A stretch of 64,000 nt of DNA from Candidatus Omnitrophota bacterium (GTDB taxonomy: Bacteria; Omnitrophota; Gorgyraeia; Duberdicusellales; 4484-171), in contig JBDRAN010000003.1 in the NCBI GenBank assembly GCA_043823745.1, positions 2,958 through 66,957 of the forward strand, given 5' to 3'. The notes under the pieces were generated by a model. The model was not told the origin of the DNA, made no database searches, and saw nothing but the letters and a program-made list of their open reading frames with translations. Shown here one piece after another: positions 37,757-47,793 of the stretch (its first letter is position 1; every line of letters begins with the position of its first letter). The position numbers were made by a program, and so were the translations under genes.

Positions 37757-38404
37757 ATGAAAGTAATTTCTTTGTGGAGCGGCGGCAAAGATAGTTGTTT
37801 TGCCTGTTATAAGGCAAAATTGCAGGGGTATCAAATAACCTCGGTCATTAATTTTACGAGCTCTGATGGAATCAATTCCGTATCACATGGTTTATCAGCC
37901 GATATTATACAAAGACAGGCAGACCTAATTGATATCCCTCTCTTACAAAAAGCTATGCCTCAAAAAGGCTACAGGAATGCATTTAAAGTATTATTTGAAG
38001 AACTTAAAGCAAAAGAAGGTGTAGAGGGAATTGTTTTCGGGGATATTTATTTACAGGAGCACAGGGATTGGATAGATAAAGTATGTGATGAATTAAAGGT
38101 AGAGGCGATTTTGCCGATATGGACAAAAGACACTGAGAGATTAGTTAAAGAAATTATCGATTCAGGATTTAAGTCAATTATAGTTTCGGCGAATAAAGAT
38201 ATTCTTGGAGAACAATGGTTAGGCCGTGAAATTAATAGCAGGTTTCTAAAAGACCTAAAGGCTATAGGAAATATAGATCTCTGCGGAGAAAAAGGCGAAT
38301 TCCATACATTTGTCTATGACGGCCCACTATTTAAGGAAAAGGTCAAATTTAATAAAGGCAATAAGACGTTGCGGGATAATCGATGGTTTTTGGAGGTTCT
38401 TTAA
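37757..38404 (+). CDS. DUF71/Dph6-like PP-loop ATPase (B12-associated type)
   Basis: WSGGKDS, FGDI, D-x-CGE-x-GEFHT-x-V-x-DGP. Confidence 0.9.
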   Translation: MKVISLWSGGKDSCFACYKAKLQGYQITSVINFTSSDGINSVSHGLSADIIQRQADLIDIPLLQKAMPQKGYRNAFKVLFEELKAKEGVEGIVFGDIYLQEHRDWIDKVCDELKVEAILPIWTKDTERLVKEIIDSGFKSIIVSANKDILGEQWLGREINSRFLKDLKAIGNIDLCGEKGEFHTFVYDGPLFKEKVKFNKGNKTLRDNRWFLEVL

Positions 38405-39267
38405 TGAGAAAATCTGGTCTTCTTGTGCCGATCTTTTTTGCCGCATTCACGTTCCAGACCATATTCGTCGATGGTGCGTACGCTTCAGAAAACCATCCAA
38501 AAAAAATAATCTCTTTGGCACCATCCATAACCGAGGGGTTATATTTGCTGGGAGCGGAGAATATCCTTGTCGGCAATACGACTTACTGTGTGACTCCGCC
38601 TGCGGCGCGATACAAGGAAAAGGTCGGATCTATAACCAAGGTAGATTTAGAAAAGATCGTCGGATTAAAACCCGATTTGGTGTTGGCTACATCTCTTACA
38701 AATCCTAAAACGATTCAAAAGCTTAGAAGCTTAGGCATAGAAGTAAAATTATTTCCAGCGCCAAAAAATTTCACGTCTCTGTGTGATGAGTTTTTGGAAT
38801 TGGGCAAGGCGGTAGGCAGAGAGCCGGAGGCAAAGGAGATTGTCAAAGTGGCAGAGGGAAAGGTCGCTGAGATAAAGTCCAGGACTGCTACGCTTATGAA
38901 GCCGAAAGTTTTTATCGAAATTGGAACGAAACCTCTTTTTACCGCGAACAAGGACTATATCATCAATGATTTCGTGAAGCTGACCGGTGGAAAAAACATT
39001 GCCGAAGACTCGAAGATCGGCGTTTACAGCAAAGAAGAAGTTTTAAGAAATAATGTCGATGTAATACTCATCGTGACGATGGGTTTTGTGGGTGAGACGG
39101 AAAAAGAAGCGTGGCAGAAGTTTAAAATGTTGAATGCCGTAAAACACGATAGGATCTATATTATCGATTCGCAAAAGATATGCGGACCCACACCCGTGAC
39201 TTTTGCCAAAACCCTGGAAGAGATAAGTTTCCTCCTTCATCCGGAGCTATTGAAGAAGAAAAGATGA
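38404..39267 (+). CDS. btuF: corrinoid ABC transporter substrate-binding protein
   Basis: IISLAPSITE, EKI-x-x-LKPDLV; operon context. Confidence 0.85.
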   Translation: MRKSGLLVPIFFAAFTFQTIFVDGAYASENHPKKIISLAPSITEGLYLLGAENILVGNTTYCVTPPAARYKEKVGSITKVDLEKIVGLKPDLVLATSLTNPKTIQKLRSLGIEVKLFPAPKNFTSLCDEFLELGKAVGREPEAKEIVKVAEGKVAEIKSRTATLMKPKVFIEIGTKPLFTANKDYIINDFVKLTGGKNIAEDSKIGVYSKEEVLRNNVDVILIVTMGFVGETEKEAWQKFKMLNAVKHDRIYIIDSQKICGPTPVTFAKTLEEISFLLHPELLKKKR

Positions 39268-40274
39268 ATAAGAGAACAATACGCTGGACAACACAGATAC
39301 TAATATTGGGAGGAGCGCTTTTTCTTATAGCGGCGCTGTCATTATGTCTGGGTTCTGCCGCTTTATCGGTTCAGACAGTCATCCGTTCTATTTTTAGTGG
39401 TTACAATACTACAGAATCTAATATTCTTTTTGAAATCCGCCTGCCGCGTATCATTTTGGGGTTTGCCATTGGCGGCGCGTTAAGCCTGGCTGGTGTTATT
39501 CTGCAAGGGCTTTTCCGAAATCCATTGGTAGAACCATATACAATGGGTATTTCCGGGGGAGCGGCTTTGGGAGTTAGCTTGGCCATTATCTTAAAATTAT
39601 ATCAGTCGATGGGTCTAGCGACATTACCGTTTGCCGGTTTTTTGGGAGCGGCTCTCGTTATTATGCTGATATACGCTATAAACATCAGAAAAAAGACGTT
39701 AAAGATACAGGGCCTGCTTCTGACTGGTGTTATGATAAGTTTCATATCATCGTCTTTTATAATGCTTATTATGGCTATTTCGCGTACTGAGGATCTTCAC
39801 GGCATTGTCTTTTGGATAATGGGTTCCCTGGAAGAACCAAGCTGGTTTCTTATAAAATTAATGCTCTTTACGTCTTTAGCGGGATTAGCCGTGTCGTATA
39901 TCTTCTGGAAGGACCTAAACGCGTTACGTTTGGGAGAAGAGGAAGCCGTGCATCTGGGAATCAATACGGAAAGAGCAAAAAGAGCGCTTTTTGTGCTGGC
40001 ATCGCTCCTTACCGGATGTGCTGTTTCTGTTGGCGGAATTATCGGTTTTGTCGGTTTGATTATTCCGCATCTTATGCGTATGTTTATAGGTTCTGATCAT
40101 AGGGCCCTTCTGGTGGGCTCATTTTTAGGCGGAGCGGGTTTTCTCATCTTCTGCGATACTTTGGCTAGGATAATTGTCACGCCTTCCGAGTTGCCCGTAG
40201 GTGTAATTACCGGCATATTAGGAGGAAGTTTCTTTATTTACGCTTTAACTAAGAGGGGAAAATCGATTGCTTGA
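39264..40274 (+). CDS. btuC: corrinoid ABC transporter permease
   Basis: RLPR, Q-x-x-FRNPL, G-x-IGFVGLI-x-PH. Confidence 0.88.
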   Translation: MNKRTIRWTTQILILGGALFLIAALSLCLGSAALSVQTVIRSIFSGYNTTESNILFEIRLPRIILGFAIGGALSLAGVILQGLFRNPLVEPYTMGISGGAALGVSLAIILKLYQSMGLATLPFAGFLGAALVIMLIYAINIRKKTLKIQGLLLTGVMISFISSSFIMLIMAISRTEDLHGIVFWIMGSLEEPSWFLIKLMLFTSLAGLAVSYIFWKDLNALRLGEEEAVHLGINTERAKRALFVLASLLTGCAVSVGGIIGFVGLIIPHLMRMFIGSDHRALLVGSFLGGAGFLIFCDTLARIIVTPSELPVGVITGILGGSFFIYALTKRGKSIA

Positions 40275-41070
40275 AATAAAGGATTTGACGTGCGGTTACG
40301 ATAAGAGATTTCATCTTAGAGGGATAAATCTCGTGATTGAAGAAGGCGGTTTCTTCGGAATAATAGGGCCGAATGGATCCGGTAAAACAACGCTTTTGCG
40401 GGCTATAACGCGTGTCCTTGAGCCGGAAAGCGGAGAAGTGTTTCTTAGGGGAAAAAACATAAGGCAGATAGATTTTAGGGAGCTGGCGAGAACGATAGCG
40501 GTTGTTTCTCAGAACGTCTCTACTGATGAGCTCAACGTAAGGGAGTTCGTTCTTCTTTCGAGAATACCTCATTATAAAGGCCTTCAGTTTCTAGAGACAA
40601 AACACGATGAAGAGATCGCAGACAGGGCGATGGCCCTAACAGACACGCTTAAATTTAAAGATAGGTTGATGTCACAGATAAGCGGAGGCGAAAGGCAGCT
40701 TGTCCTTATCGCGCGCGCTTTGGCGCAAGAGCCGAAATTCCTTCTTCTGGATGAACCCACATCGCATCTTGACATAACGCATCAGGTTCGCATTCTCGAT
40801 CTCTTAAAAAAATTAAATAAAGAATTATCCCTTACCGTGATAATAGTTTTGCATGATTTGAATCTTGCCAGTGAATATTGTGACAGGATAGCGCTTCTAT
40901 CTGGTGGTGCCGTTTATAAAGAAGGTCTGCCGCAAGATGTCTTGGATTACAAGACTATCGAAAATGTTTATAAGACCGTAGTCGTTGTGGAGAAGAATCC
41001 GGTTTCCTCAAAGCCTTATGTCCTTCTCGTTTCTGAAGAAGAGAGAGAAAAACGAAGAAAAAAACAATGA
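40267..41070 (+). CDS. btuD: corrinoid ABC transporter ATPase
   Basis: GPNGSGKTT, SGGERQ, LLLDEPT. Confidence 0.88.
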   Translation: MLEIKDLTCGYDKRFHLRGINLVIEEGGFFGIIGPNGSGKTTLLRAITRVLEPESGEVFLRGKNIRQIDFRELARTIAVVSQNVSTDELNVREFVLLSRIPHYKGLQFLETKHDEEIADRAMALTDTLKFKDRLMSQISGGERQLVLIARALAQEPKFLLLDEPTSHLDITHQVRILDLLKKLNKELSLTVIIVLHDLNLASEYCDRIALLSGGAVYKEGLPQDVLDYKTIENVYKTVVVVEKNPVSSKPYVLLVSEEEREKRRKKQ

Positions 41071-41594
41071 GGCAGGGATTAATCCAGATTTATACGGGCG
41101 ATGGGAAAGGAAAGACTACTGCAGCGGTCGGCCTTGCCGTGCGGGCACGAGGACACAATTTTAAGGTTGGGTATATTTTCTTTTTTAAGGATCCTAAAAA
41201 GTTTGGGTACGCTGAAATCAGGCTTTTAAAGAAGCTGGGAGTAAAGGTCTTTGGTTTTTCTCATAAGCATCCGCATTTTTACAAGAATCTCGGCTCAAAC
41301 AGCGTACGCCGCGAATGCCTAAAGGGAATGAACTTCATCAAAAAGATATGCCACGCGGGAAGCTACGATCTTCTTATCCTTGACGAGATACTTATTGCTC
41401 TGCGCGACGGATTCCTGAGCGAAAATGAAATACTTGAGATCATGACGTTAAAGCCTCCCGACATGGAGTTGGTTATGACCGGCAGAGGCGCTACAGGCAA
41501 CATCATTAAGAAAGCGGATTTGGTGAGCGTCATTGAGAAAAAAAAGCATTATCTTGATAAAGGAGTAACAAAGAGGAAAGGTATTGAGTTTTAA
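41067..41594 (+). CDS. cobO: cob(I)yrinic acid a,c-diamide adenosyltransferase
   Basis: YTG-x-GKGKTTAA, ILDE, TGR, GIEF. Confidence 0.93.
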   Translation: MRQGLIQIYTGDGKGKTTAAVGLAVRARGHNFKVGYIFFFKDPKKFGYAEIRLLKKLGVKVFGFSHKHPHFYKNLGSNSVRRECLKGMNFIKKICHAGSYDLLILDEILIALRDGFLSENEILEIMTLKPPDMELVMTGRGATGNIIKKADLVSVIEKKKHYLDKGVTKRKGIEF

Positions 41595-41704
41595 TAATGA
41601 AACAAACCGATAAAAGGAGGAGAAGGGAAGGATTTTTCTGAGGTATTGATTGCAGCGCATGGGTGTAATACACCGTATGAAAAAATTATCCAGAATCTGT
41701 CCGG

Positions 41705-41795
41705 ATAGACAAAGGAATTGGAGGTGCGATCCCTTTGGCTGCCCCGCAACGGTAATCTTCGGTTAATTCCCGAAGGAGCCCGGTCGATTGTCTAT
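41705..41795 (+). ncRNA. short (class II-like) cobalamin riboswitch upstream of btuB
   Basis: P1 ATAGACAA/TTGTCTAT; AAGGAA, GGTGCGATCCC, GCTGCCCCGCAACGGTA, GAGCCCG; downstream TTCTC-GAGG-GAGAA hairpin covers the SD region. Confidence 0.75.
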
Positions 41796-41824
41796 AGCGG
41801 AAGTATTCTCGAGGGAGAAGAATT

Positions 41825-43831
41825 ATGAAAAAAAGAATATTTATTTTAGTTGGAATGCTAATAGTGGCCACAACCACCGGCGTCTGCGCCGAAGAGAACA
41901 GATTTATTTATAACAAAGCCATTGAATTGAAGCCGATAACGGTGACTGTGTCAAGAACAGCGAGAACGATATCAGAGTCGCCGGCAAGCGTGAGCATTGT
42001 TACTAACCGCGATATAGCGCAGACTAATGCGAAGAGCGTGGCTGACTTGCTGAAAAGTATCGAAGGAATATATATGTATGATCCTTCCGGAGTCGGAGCT
42101 ACCGGGGCAGTGGTCAATATGCGCGGTTTTTATGGCGGCATGTCGAGCCATCAACTCGTGTTAGTAGACGGAATACCGCAAAATAAAGGCAAAGACAAGC
42201 TGATTGATTGGGATTTGCTTTCTATGGATAACATAGAGAGTATCGAGATTGTACGCGGGCCTGCCTCCGCTTTGTACGGAGATAATGCCATGTCCGGCGT
42301 AATAAATATTATTACCAAGAAGCCGAAGGATAAGCCTGAGTCAAAATTTCTCGCTTCTTATGGAAGTTTTAATACCCAGGAGTACGAGACGTCAACTTTG
42401 GGGACGTACAAGCAACTCGGGTATTTTATGGGAGCAAGTTATAAAACCAGCGATGGGTTTCGCAGACATGGTGATTATGACAAGACGCATGTTGGCGGGA
42501 AGTTAGACTACACGATTAATGATGCTCAGGCTTTAAAACTGTCGTTAGATTATTCCCAAAAAGAAAGAGGTGCTCTTTCGTGGGCATTGACTGAAGCTCA
42601 GATTGCGCAGGACCGTCGTCAAGCGCGCCCGGGTACCAAAAATGATAAAAGCGAAGAAACGAAAGGTGACGTAAGCATTGTGCACGCCTGGGATGTAAGT
42701 GACCAGGTAAACACAGAAGCGACATTTTATTATAAATACGACGATGCAAATTCGTTTTACACAAGCGGTTCCGCTGAAAGCACAAAGAGAGAGCAGCTTG
42801 ATGATGAAGATGTCTATGGCCTCTTACTGAAAGGCGGCTTAAAGCAAGAGATTCTAGGCTTACGGCATGAATTTACCGGAGGGGTTGATCTTGAAAGAGA
42901 TAATTTTGATTACGAGGAATATAATGCGCCGTATCAACAAAGAGGATCGCTGCGCAGTGATTACGAGGTAAGAAGAGATAAAATTGGTCCTTTTCTACAA
43001 GATGAAATTAAGCTTATCGATCCTTTGCGTCTTATTGCCGGGGTAAGGTATGATCGGGTTAATTTTGATTTTGACGATAAGAGAACTCTCGTTAACTCAA
43101 AGAAAGAAAAGATGTCTAAAGTAACTCCACGATGCGGCATGGTATATATGTATCAAAGAGACTCAAGCCTCTATGTAAACTATGCTCAGGCTTTCAGAAC
43201 CCCGACAATAGGGCAGATGTTTACGTACGCCAGCTCAGCTAATCCCGATTTAAAACCAGAAGATGCGACAAACTATGAAATCGGATTGCATCACCGCATT
43301 AGCGAGCTCTTGAGGACAAACGTTAGCTTTTACTGGATGGAGCTGGATAATGAAATCTGGTATGATTATGCTACCAATAAATATCAGAATTATGGCAAGA
43401 CATCACATAAAGGTATAGAAACGAGTTTAGATTTTAAAATAGTTAAATGGTTATCGGGTTTTGCGAATTACACCTATTCGCGGGCAAAAAACAAAGCCGG
43501 AAGTTATAGCGGGAAATATCTGACCAATATCCCCATGCACAAGGCAAGTTCAGGATTACATTGCACCAGCAAGTTCGGGTTGAGTTGGGATTTAGCCGTT
43601 ACCTATGTTGGCAGCTCCTATATCGATTCGACAAACAACAACAAACTTTCAAGTTTTACTACGGCAGATACTAAAGTAAGCTATGAATATAAAGCAATGA
43701 ATGTTTTCTTAGCAATCGATAATCTGTTTGCTAAAAAATTCAATTCGTATGGCTTTGTAAGCGGTAATACGAAATATTTTAATCCGGCTCCGGAAAGAAC
43801 ATTCACGTTAGGGGCCGAAGTTAAATTTTAG
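41825..43831 (+). CDS. btuB: TonB-dependent corrinoid receptor
   Basis: signal peptide; IEIVRGPASALYG-x-x-A-x-x-GVINI, NPDLKPE; terminal F; riboswitch context. Confidence 0.85.
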   Translation: MKKRIFILVGMLIVATTTGVCAEENRFIYNKAIELKPITVTVSRTARTISESPASVSIVTNRDIAQTNAKSVADLLKSIEGIYMYDPSGVGATGAVVNMRGFYGGMSSHQLVLVDGIPQNKGKDKLIDWDLLSMDNIESIEIVRGPASALYGDNAMSGVINIITKKPKDKPESKFLASYGSFNTQEYETSTLGTYKQLGYFMGASYKTSDGFRRHGDYDKTHVGGKLDYTINDAQALKLSLDYSQKERGALSWALTEAQIAQDRRQARPGTKNDKSEETKGDVSIVHAWDVSDQVNTEATFYYKYDDANSFYTSGSAESTKREQLDDEDVYGLLLKGGLKQEILGLRHEFTGGVDLERDNFDYEEYNAPYQQRGSLRSDYEVRRDKIGPFLQDEIKLIDPLRLIAGVRYDRVNFDFDDKRTLVNSKKEKMSKVTPRCGMVYMYQRDSSLYVNYAQAFRTPTIGQMFTYASSANPDLKPEDATNYEIGLHHRISELLRTNVSFYWMELDNEIWYDYATNKYQNYGKTSHKGIETSLDFKIVKWLSGFANYTYSRAKNKAGSYSGKYLTNIPMHKASSGLHCTSKFGLSWDLAVTYVGSSYIDSTNNNKLSSFTTADTKVSYEYKAMNVFLAIDNLFAKKFNSYGFVSGNTKYFNPAPERTFTLGAEVKF

Positions 43832-44017
43832 GCTAACAATAATGAGAAAGCAGGCCATGAATACTACCTCATGCCCGGTTTAACGCTGACCAACGGAATA
43901 AGGCTGGAGTTCTAGATGCCCCGCCTTATCACAATTCTCAACTTTTGCGGTTCTTTTTCGCGTGTTTTACTTGCTATCTTTACGTGTTATGATATAATTT
44001 TGGAATAACGATTAATC

Positions 44018-44329
44018 ATGAATTGCGAGGAAGTTAAAGCAATTATCCCTGCTTACATTAATCACAGCGCTTCCGAAAAGGACATTGGAAGTGTTGAGGA
44101 GCATCTGTGTATTTGCAATGACTGCCGGCAATTTTTAAGCCAAACGATCGACAAACAACCTCATTACCCGCCGCCCAAGGAAACCCCCGTCGTGGCACAC
44201 GAATCACCCGTGGAAGAAGAAACCCCAAAGGCGACAACGGCAAGTAAAATCGGAGTATGGGAATATACGATTTTAGGCGTGGGGGTTCTGGTGCTTGGTT
44301 TCTTTATCTATCTTTTCATAAAAGGCTAA
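44018..44329 (+). CDS. zf-HC2 (anti-sigma-like) membrane-anchored protein
   Basis: MNC...HLCICNDC; C-terminal TM helix. Confidence 0.75.
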   Translation: MNCEEVKAIIPAYINHSASEKDIGSVEEHLCICNDCRQFLSQTIDKQPHYPPPKETPVVAHESPVEEETPKATTASKIGVWEYTILGVGVLVLGFFIYLFIKG

Positions 44330-44336
44330 AATCACG

Positions 44337-45083
44337 ATGAAATTTCTACTTTTTGGAATACTGCAGGGGCTTACTGAATTTTTGCCTGTTAGTAGTTCAG
44401 GCCACCTGTATTTACTTAAAAGAATCATTGGGGAGCAAGCAAACCTTTTTGCTTTTTTCATCCTGCTGCATGCGGCAACGCTTGCGGCAACAATTATTTT
44501 CTTCTTTAAACAAATCATCTCACTCTGCGCCAAAAAGCGCCTCTTGCTTCAGATTGCAGTTATTACTGCCGTAACCGGAACCATGGGCCTGGCCATCAAG
44601 CACTTCTTTGAGCCCTGGTTTGACAAAAAGATTCTCTTATCCGGCTGCATCCTGACAAACGCGCTCATCCTTTTTTCGGCGCGACCAACCAACGATTCAC
44701 CTAAAAAAACAGCTGAAACTATGACCGTAAAAGATTCGCTTCTTATCGGCCTCATGCAAGGCATATCCGCATTTCCGGGCATATCGCGATCAGGAAGCAC
44801 CATAACCGCTTTCTTGCGCCGGGGCTTCGCGCCGCAGGAAGCGTTTACCTTATCATTTGTCGCTTCGATACCGGTAATTCTGGCCGCGTTTATTCTTGAA
44901 ATAAAAGAACTTCCCAATCTTACCGTACACACCGGCACAAAAGGAATTATCGCCGGTTGCCTTGCCGCAGCCGCCACCGGCCTGCTTGCGCTGATCGTAC
45001 TCAAGCGCCTCGTGGTTAATGCGCGCTTTAAAAACTTTTCATATTATTGTTTTACACTTTTTATCATAAGTTTATTCCTATGA
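44337..45083 (+). CDS. uppP: undecaprenyl-diphosphate phosphatase
   Basis: QGLTEFLPVSSSGH, PGISRSGST. Confidence 0.95.
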   Translation: MKFLLFGILQGLTEFLPVSSSGHLYLLKRIIGEQANLFAFFILLHAATLAATIIFFFKQIISLCAKKRLLLQIAVITAVTGTMGLAIKHFFEPWFDKKILLSGCILTNALILFSARPTNDSPKKTAETMTVKDSLLIGLMQGISAFPGISRSGSTITAFLRRGFAPQEAFTLSFVASIPVILAAFILEIKELPNLTVHTGTKGIIAGCLAAAATGLLALIVLKRLVVNARFKNFSYYCFTLFIISLFL

Positions 45084-45799
45084 AGATCAATATTCGCACC
45101 AAAGACAACATTGTCATACTTGACCTTGAAGGTAATATCGATATTAACTCTTCTGAATTCATCGAAACCGTCGGCTGGTCTTTAGTGACCAAATCAAAGA
45201 ATGTTCTCTGTAATTTCGAAGGAGTTAATCTCATTGATTATGTGGGTATTTCGATTATCGCCGTTGCCTATAAAAACGTTTTAAACCATAAGGGGCAACT
45301 TAAAATCTACAATGTTCCCACCCATGTGCGTAAACTCTTTTCAATCGTAGGCCTTGACCGGGTATTTGATTACTTTGAAAGCGAAGAGCTTGGCTTAAAA
45401 AGCTTCCGGGAAGAAAACACCTTTGCCGCCATCATCAATAAACACCTGCGCCGGCGCTTCAAACGCATCCCCTGTAAGGGCAACATCGAATATAGACAGA
45501 AGTTTTCAGCCCGTGGCGGCACCCACCGGGGAAAAATTATCAATTTAAGCGCAATCGGAGTTTTTATTATCGCCGATAAATTATTTCCGATCGGGGAAAT
45601 ACTGACCGTCAAACTTGAACTTACCTCAACCCCCGGCATCATCGAGGTTGATGCTAAAGTGGTCTGGGTGGCAGATCAAGAGATACAGCCCCTTGAATCA
45701 CCGGCAATGGGCTTTGAATTTTATAATATTGATCTCGGAAAACAGGATCAAATCATCCAATTTGTCGAAAAAAATCTTGCTTCAAGCGGCCTTGAGTGA
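45080..45799 (+). CDS. STAS + PilZ fusion protein
   Basis: STAS L-x-G-x-ID...V-x-x-IDY-x-G; PilZ RRRFKR and NLSAIG. Confidence 0.85.
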   Translation: MKINIRTKDNIVILDLEGNIDINSSEFIETVGWSLVTKSKNVLCNFEGVNLIDYVGISIIAVAYKNVLNHKGQLKIYNVPTHVRKLFSIVGLDRVFDYFESEELGLKSFREENTFAAIINKHLRRRFKRIPCKGNIEYRQKFSARGGTHRGKIINLSAIGVFIIADKLFPIGEILTVKLELTSTPGIIEVDAKVVWVADQEIQPLESPAMGFEFYNIDLGKQDQIIQFVEKNLASSGLE

Positions 45800-45811
45800 A
45801 ATAATGCCTTT

Positions 45812-46195
45812 ATGATTACAGCAAAAACACTCCTTACAAGAACGTTCGTACTAATCCTCTTGGTAGTGACGCTGTCCGGATGCGGAGGACGCATCGGCGC
45901 GCTTCTGGACCTTGGCGCCAATGAAAAACTGAAACGTAAAACCGTACGGGAAGAAACCGAAAGCTACGAAGCGATAAAAAAAGCTCTGCTACAAGGTTCC
46001 CTCAAAAAAGACATGACGCACGCAGAGGTTCTGCGCCGGTATGGCAGGCCCGTGTTAACCTACCCTGAACGTGACGGCAGCACGCGCCTGGTATACAAAG
46101 CTACCGCGAGCGACTGGATTAAAGGGGAAAAGATATACCTTTTTTTTGAGCCGCGCAATACGTTCGTGCGCGCCGAGTGTGTTAATTGCTCTTAA
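45812..46195 (+). CDS. lipoprotein, BamE/SmpA-like motif
   Basis: lipobox LSGC; MT-x-x-EV-x-x-x-YG-x-P. Confidence 0.65.
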   Translation: MITAKTLLTRTFVLILLVVTLSGCGGRIGALLDLGANEKLKRKTVREETESYEAIKKALLQGSLKKDMTHAEVLRRYGRPVLTYPERDGSTRLVYKATASDWIKGEKIYLFFEPRNTFVRAECVNCS

Positions 46196-46210
46196 CGAAA
46201 TTCGCGCCCC

Positions 46211-46684
46211 ATGTTTTCAAAAGCAATAGCTCACATAACGTCGATCCTTACACATCACGAATTTATCCATGTGGGAACCTGTGATTTTTCCGGCCGCCCC
46301 AATGTTGCGCCAAAATTCTTTCTGGTAATACATAAAAAAAATCTCGTCCTTGTTGACTACACTATCGGGAAAACCTATGTCAACTTACAAAAAAACCCGT
46401 CAGCCTCCTTAGGAATCATGGATCTTGAAACCTTAACCGGCTATCAAGTTAACGGCCCTGCCAGCCTTATTGAGAGGGGACTCCGCTACCGCACGCTTCT
46501 TGCAGTGCTTGAAAAAAGAAAAATGAATTTCTCGGTCCGGCGTATTGCCGAAGGCGTTCGCGCTGAAAAAAAGCATACGGGCCTGGAGCTAGAATTCCCG
46601 ACGCGTGTTGTTTTTTACCGAATAGCGATAAAAGAAATTGTAACCATTGGCCCAAAAGGTACTCTGAATAGAAAACACGTTTAA
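46211..46684 (+). CDS. pyridoxamine 5'-phosphate oxidase-like FMN-binding protein
   Basis: GRPNVAPK, GKT-x-x-NL-x-x-NP, GYQ-x-x-G. Confidence 0.8.
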   Translation: MFSKAIAHITSILTHHEFIHVGTCDFSGRPNVAPKFFLVIHKKNLVLVDYTIGKTYVNLQKNPSASLGIMDLETLTGYQVNGPASLIERGLRYRTLLAVLEKRKMNFSVRRIAEGVRAEKKHTGLELEFPTRVVFYRIAIKEIVTIGPKGTLNRKHV

Positions 46685-46711
46685 TGTAGATAACCAAAAA
46701 AGGGGGGTACG

Positions 46712-46912
46712 ATGAAGATCAGTGTCAGCCGGATTAAAATCTTTCGGATCAAAAACCGACGCGGCTATGCAGCGCTCTGCCAGAGCCATCTCACCGAAGG
46801 AAAAACGATCTTTGAGGCTTACGCTCGAATGCTTAAGGCGTTACGCCGCTCGAAGGTAACCGTTACCGGAAACCTGACTAATATCAAACGCCTTCTGGTG
46901 TCCATGGATTAG
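46712..46912 (+). CDS. small basic hypothetical protein
   Basis: G-rich SD; KNRRGYAALC-x-x-HLTEG. Confidence 0.65.
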   Translation: MKISVSRIKIFRIKNRRGYAALCQSHLTEGKTIFEAYARMLKALRRSKVTVTGNLTNIKRLLVSMD

Positions 46913-46931
46913 CAAGATCGATCAACTGCCC

Positions 46932-47621
46932 ATGAAAAGCCCTTTTCGTGCATTCCTTGCGTTATTTTGCGTCTCAGTCGCGATTCACATTCCGTGTGCT
47001 TGCGCCGAAACACTACACTATCAGGAAACTACCGGCACTGTCAACCAAGACGTAACTTGGGAAATTCAACAAAGCGAAACACTTACCAGACTCATCGCTA
47101 CTAAGCCAACCGAAAACTCCGCAATCGAACAAGACCACAAGCTCGGAATCGTTTCTTGGAGTTTTACCAATACCGACGAAGGAACGTCTCTTAAGGCGCG
47201 GCGCCTCAATAATATCATCCGTATCGAAGGTACCTTTAAGAAAAAGTTTATTAAGAAAGAAAATAAAATTGACGAGGCAACCTGGTGCCAACCGGTCGCG
47301 TTCGCACTTATTCCTTTTGCCGACTCCACGCAGGAATCTCTAACATTCTGGTCAATAAATCAAAAAAATATGAAGGCCTTTAAAATGAGGGCGCAAACAC
47401 AGGGCTTTGAAACCATCACGATCAACCAAGACCCACACCACCCCCGTACAATAGCGGCAAAGAAAATTAGAGTATCCCTGGCACAAGGACCGGTTTCAAA
47501 ACTCTGGCACTCCTACTACTGGTTTCACAAAGATAACGGAACTTTCCTCAAATACCAGGGCTCAAACGGCCCTCCCGGAACCCCGGAAACAATCACCATC
47601 CTTAAGGAACCAAGCCCGTAA
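46932..47621 (+). CDS. exported hypothetical protein
   Basis: signal peptide; beta-rich sequence. Confidence 0.7.
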   Translation: MKSPFRAFLALFCVSVAIHIPCACAETLHYQETTGTVNQDVTWEIQQSETLTRLIATKPTENSAIEQDHKLGIVSWSFTNTDEGTSLKARRLNNIIRIEGTFKKKFIKKENKIDEATWCQPVAFALIPFADSTQESLTFWSINQKNMKAFKMRAQTQGFETITINQDPHHPRTIAAKKIRVSLAQGPVSKLWHSYYWFHKDNGTFLKYQGSNGPPGTPETITILKEPSP

Positions 47622-47793
47622 ATCATGCGGTTTTTCTACAGCGCTTAAGGAATCTGAACTTAACCTTCGTAGCCTCTAGGTGCAATTTATTATATTTACA
47701 AATCACGATTACCATGCTATACTCTTTTTGTGTTTTTTAGTGTTTTATTGTCAACCATAAAACACAAAATCCGTATAAAGGAGGTCCTCAAGC

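Noticed and set aside
37757-38404. Diphthamide biosynthesis
   Set aside because: Bacteria lack diphthamide, and the context indicates the B12-associated DUF71 type.
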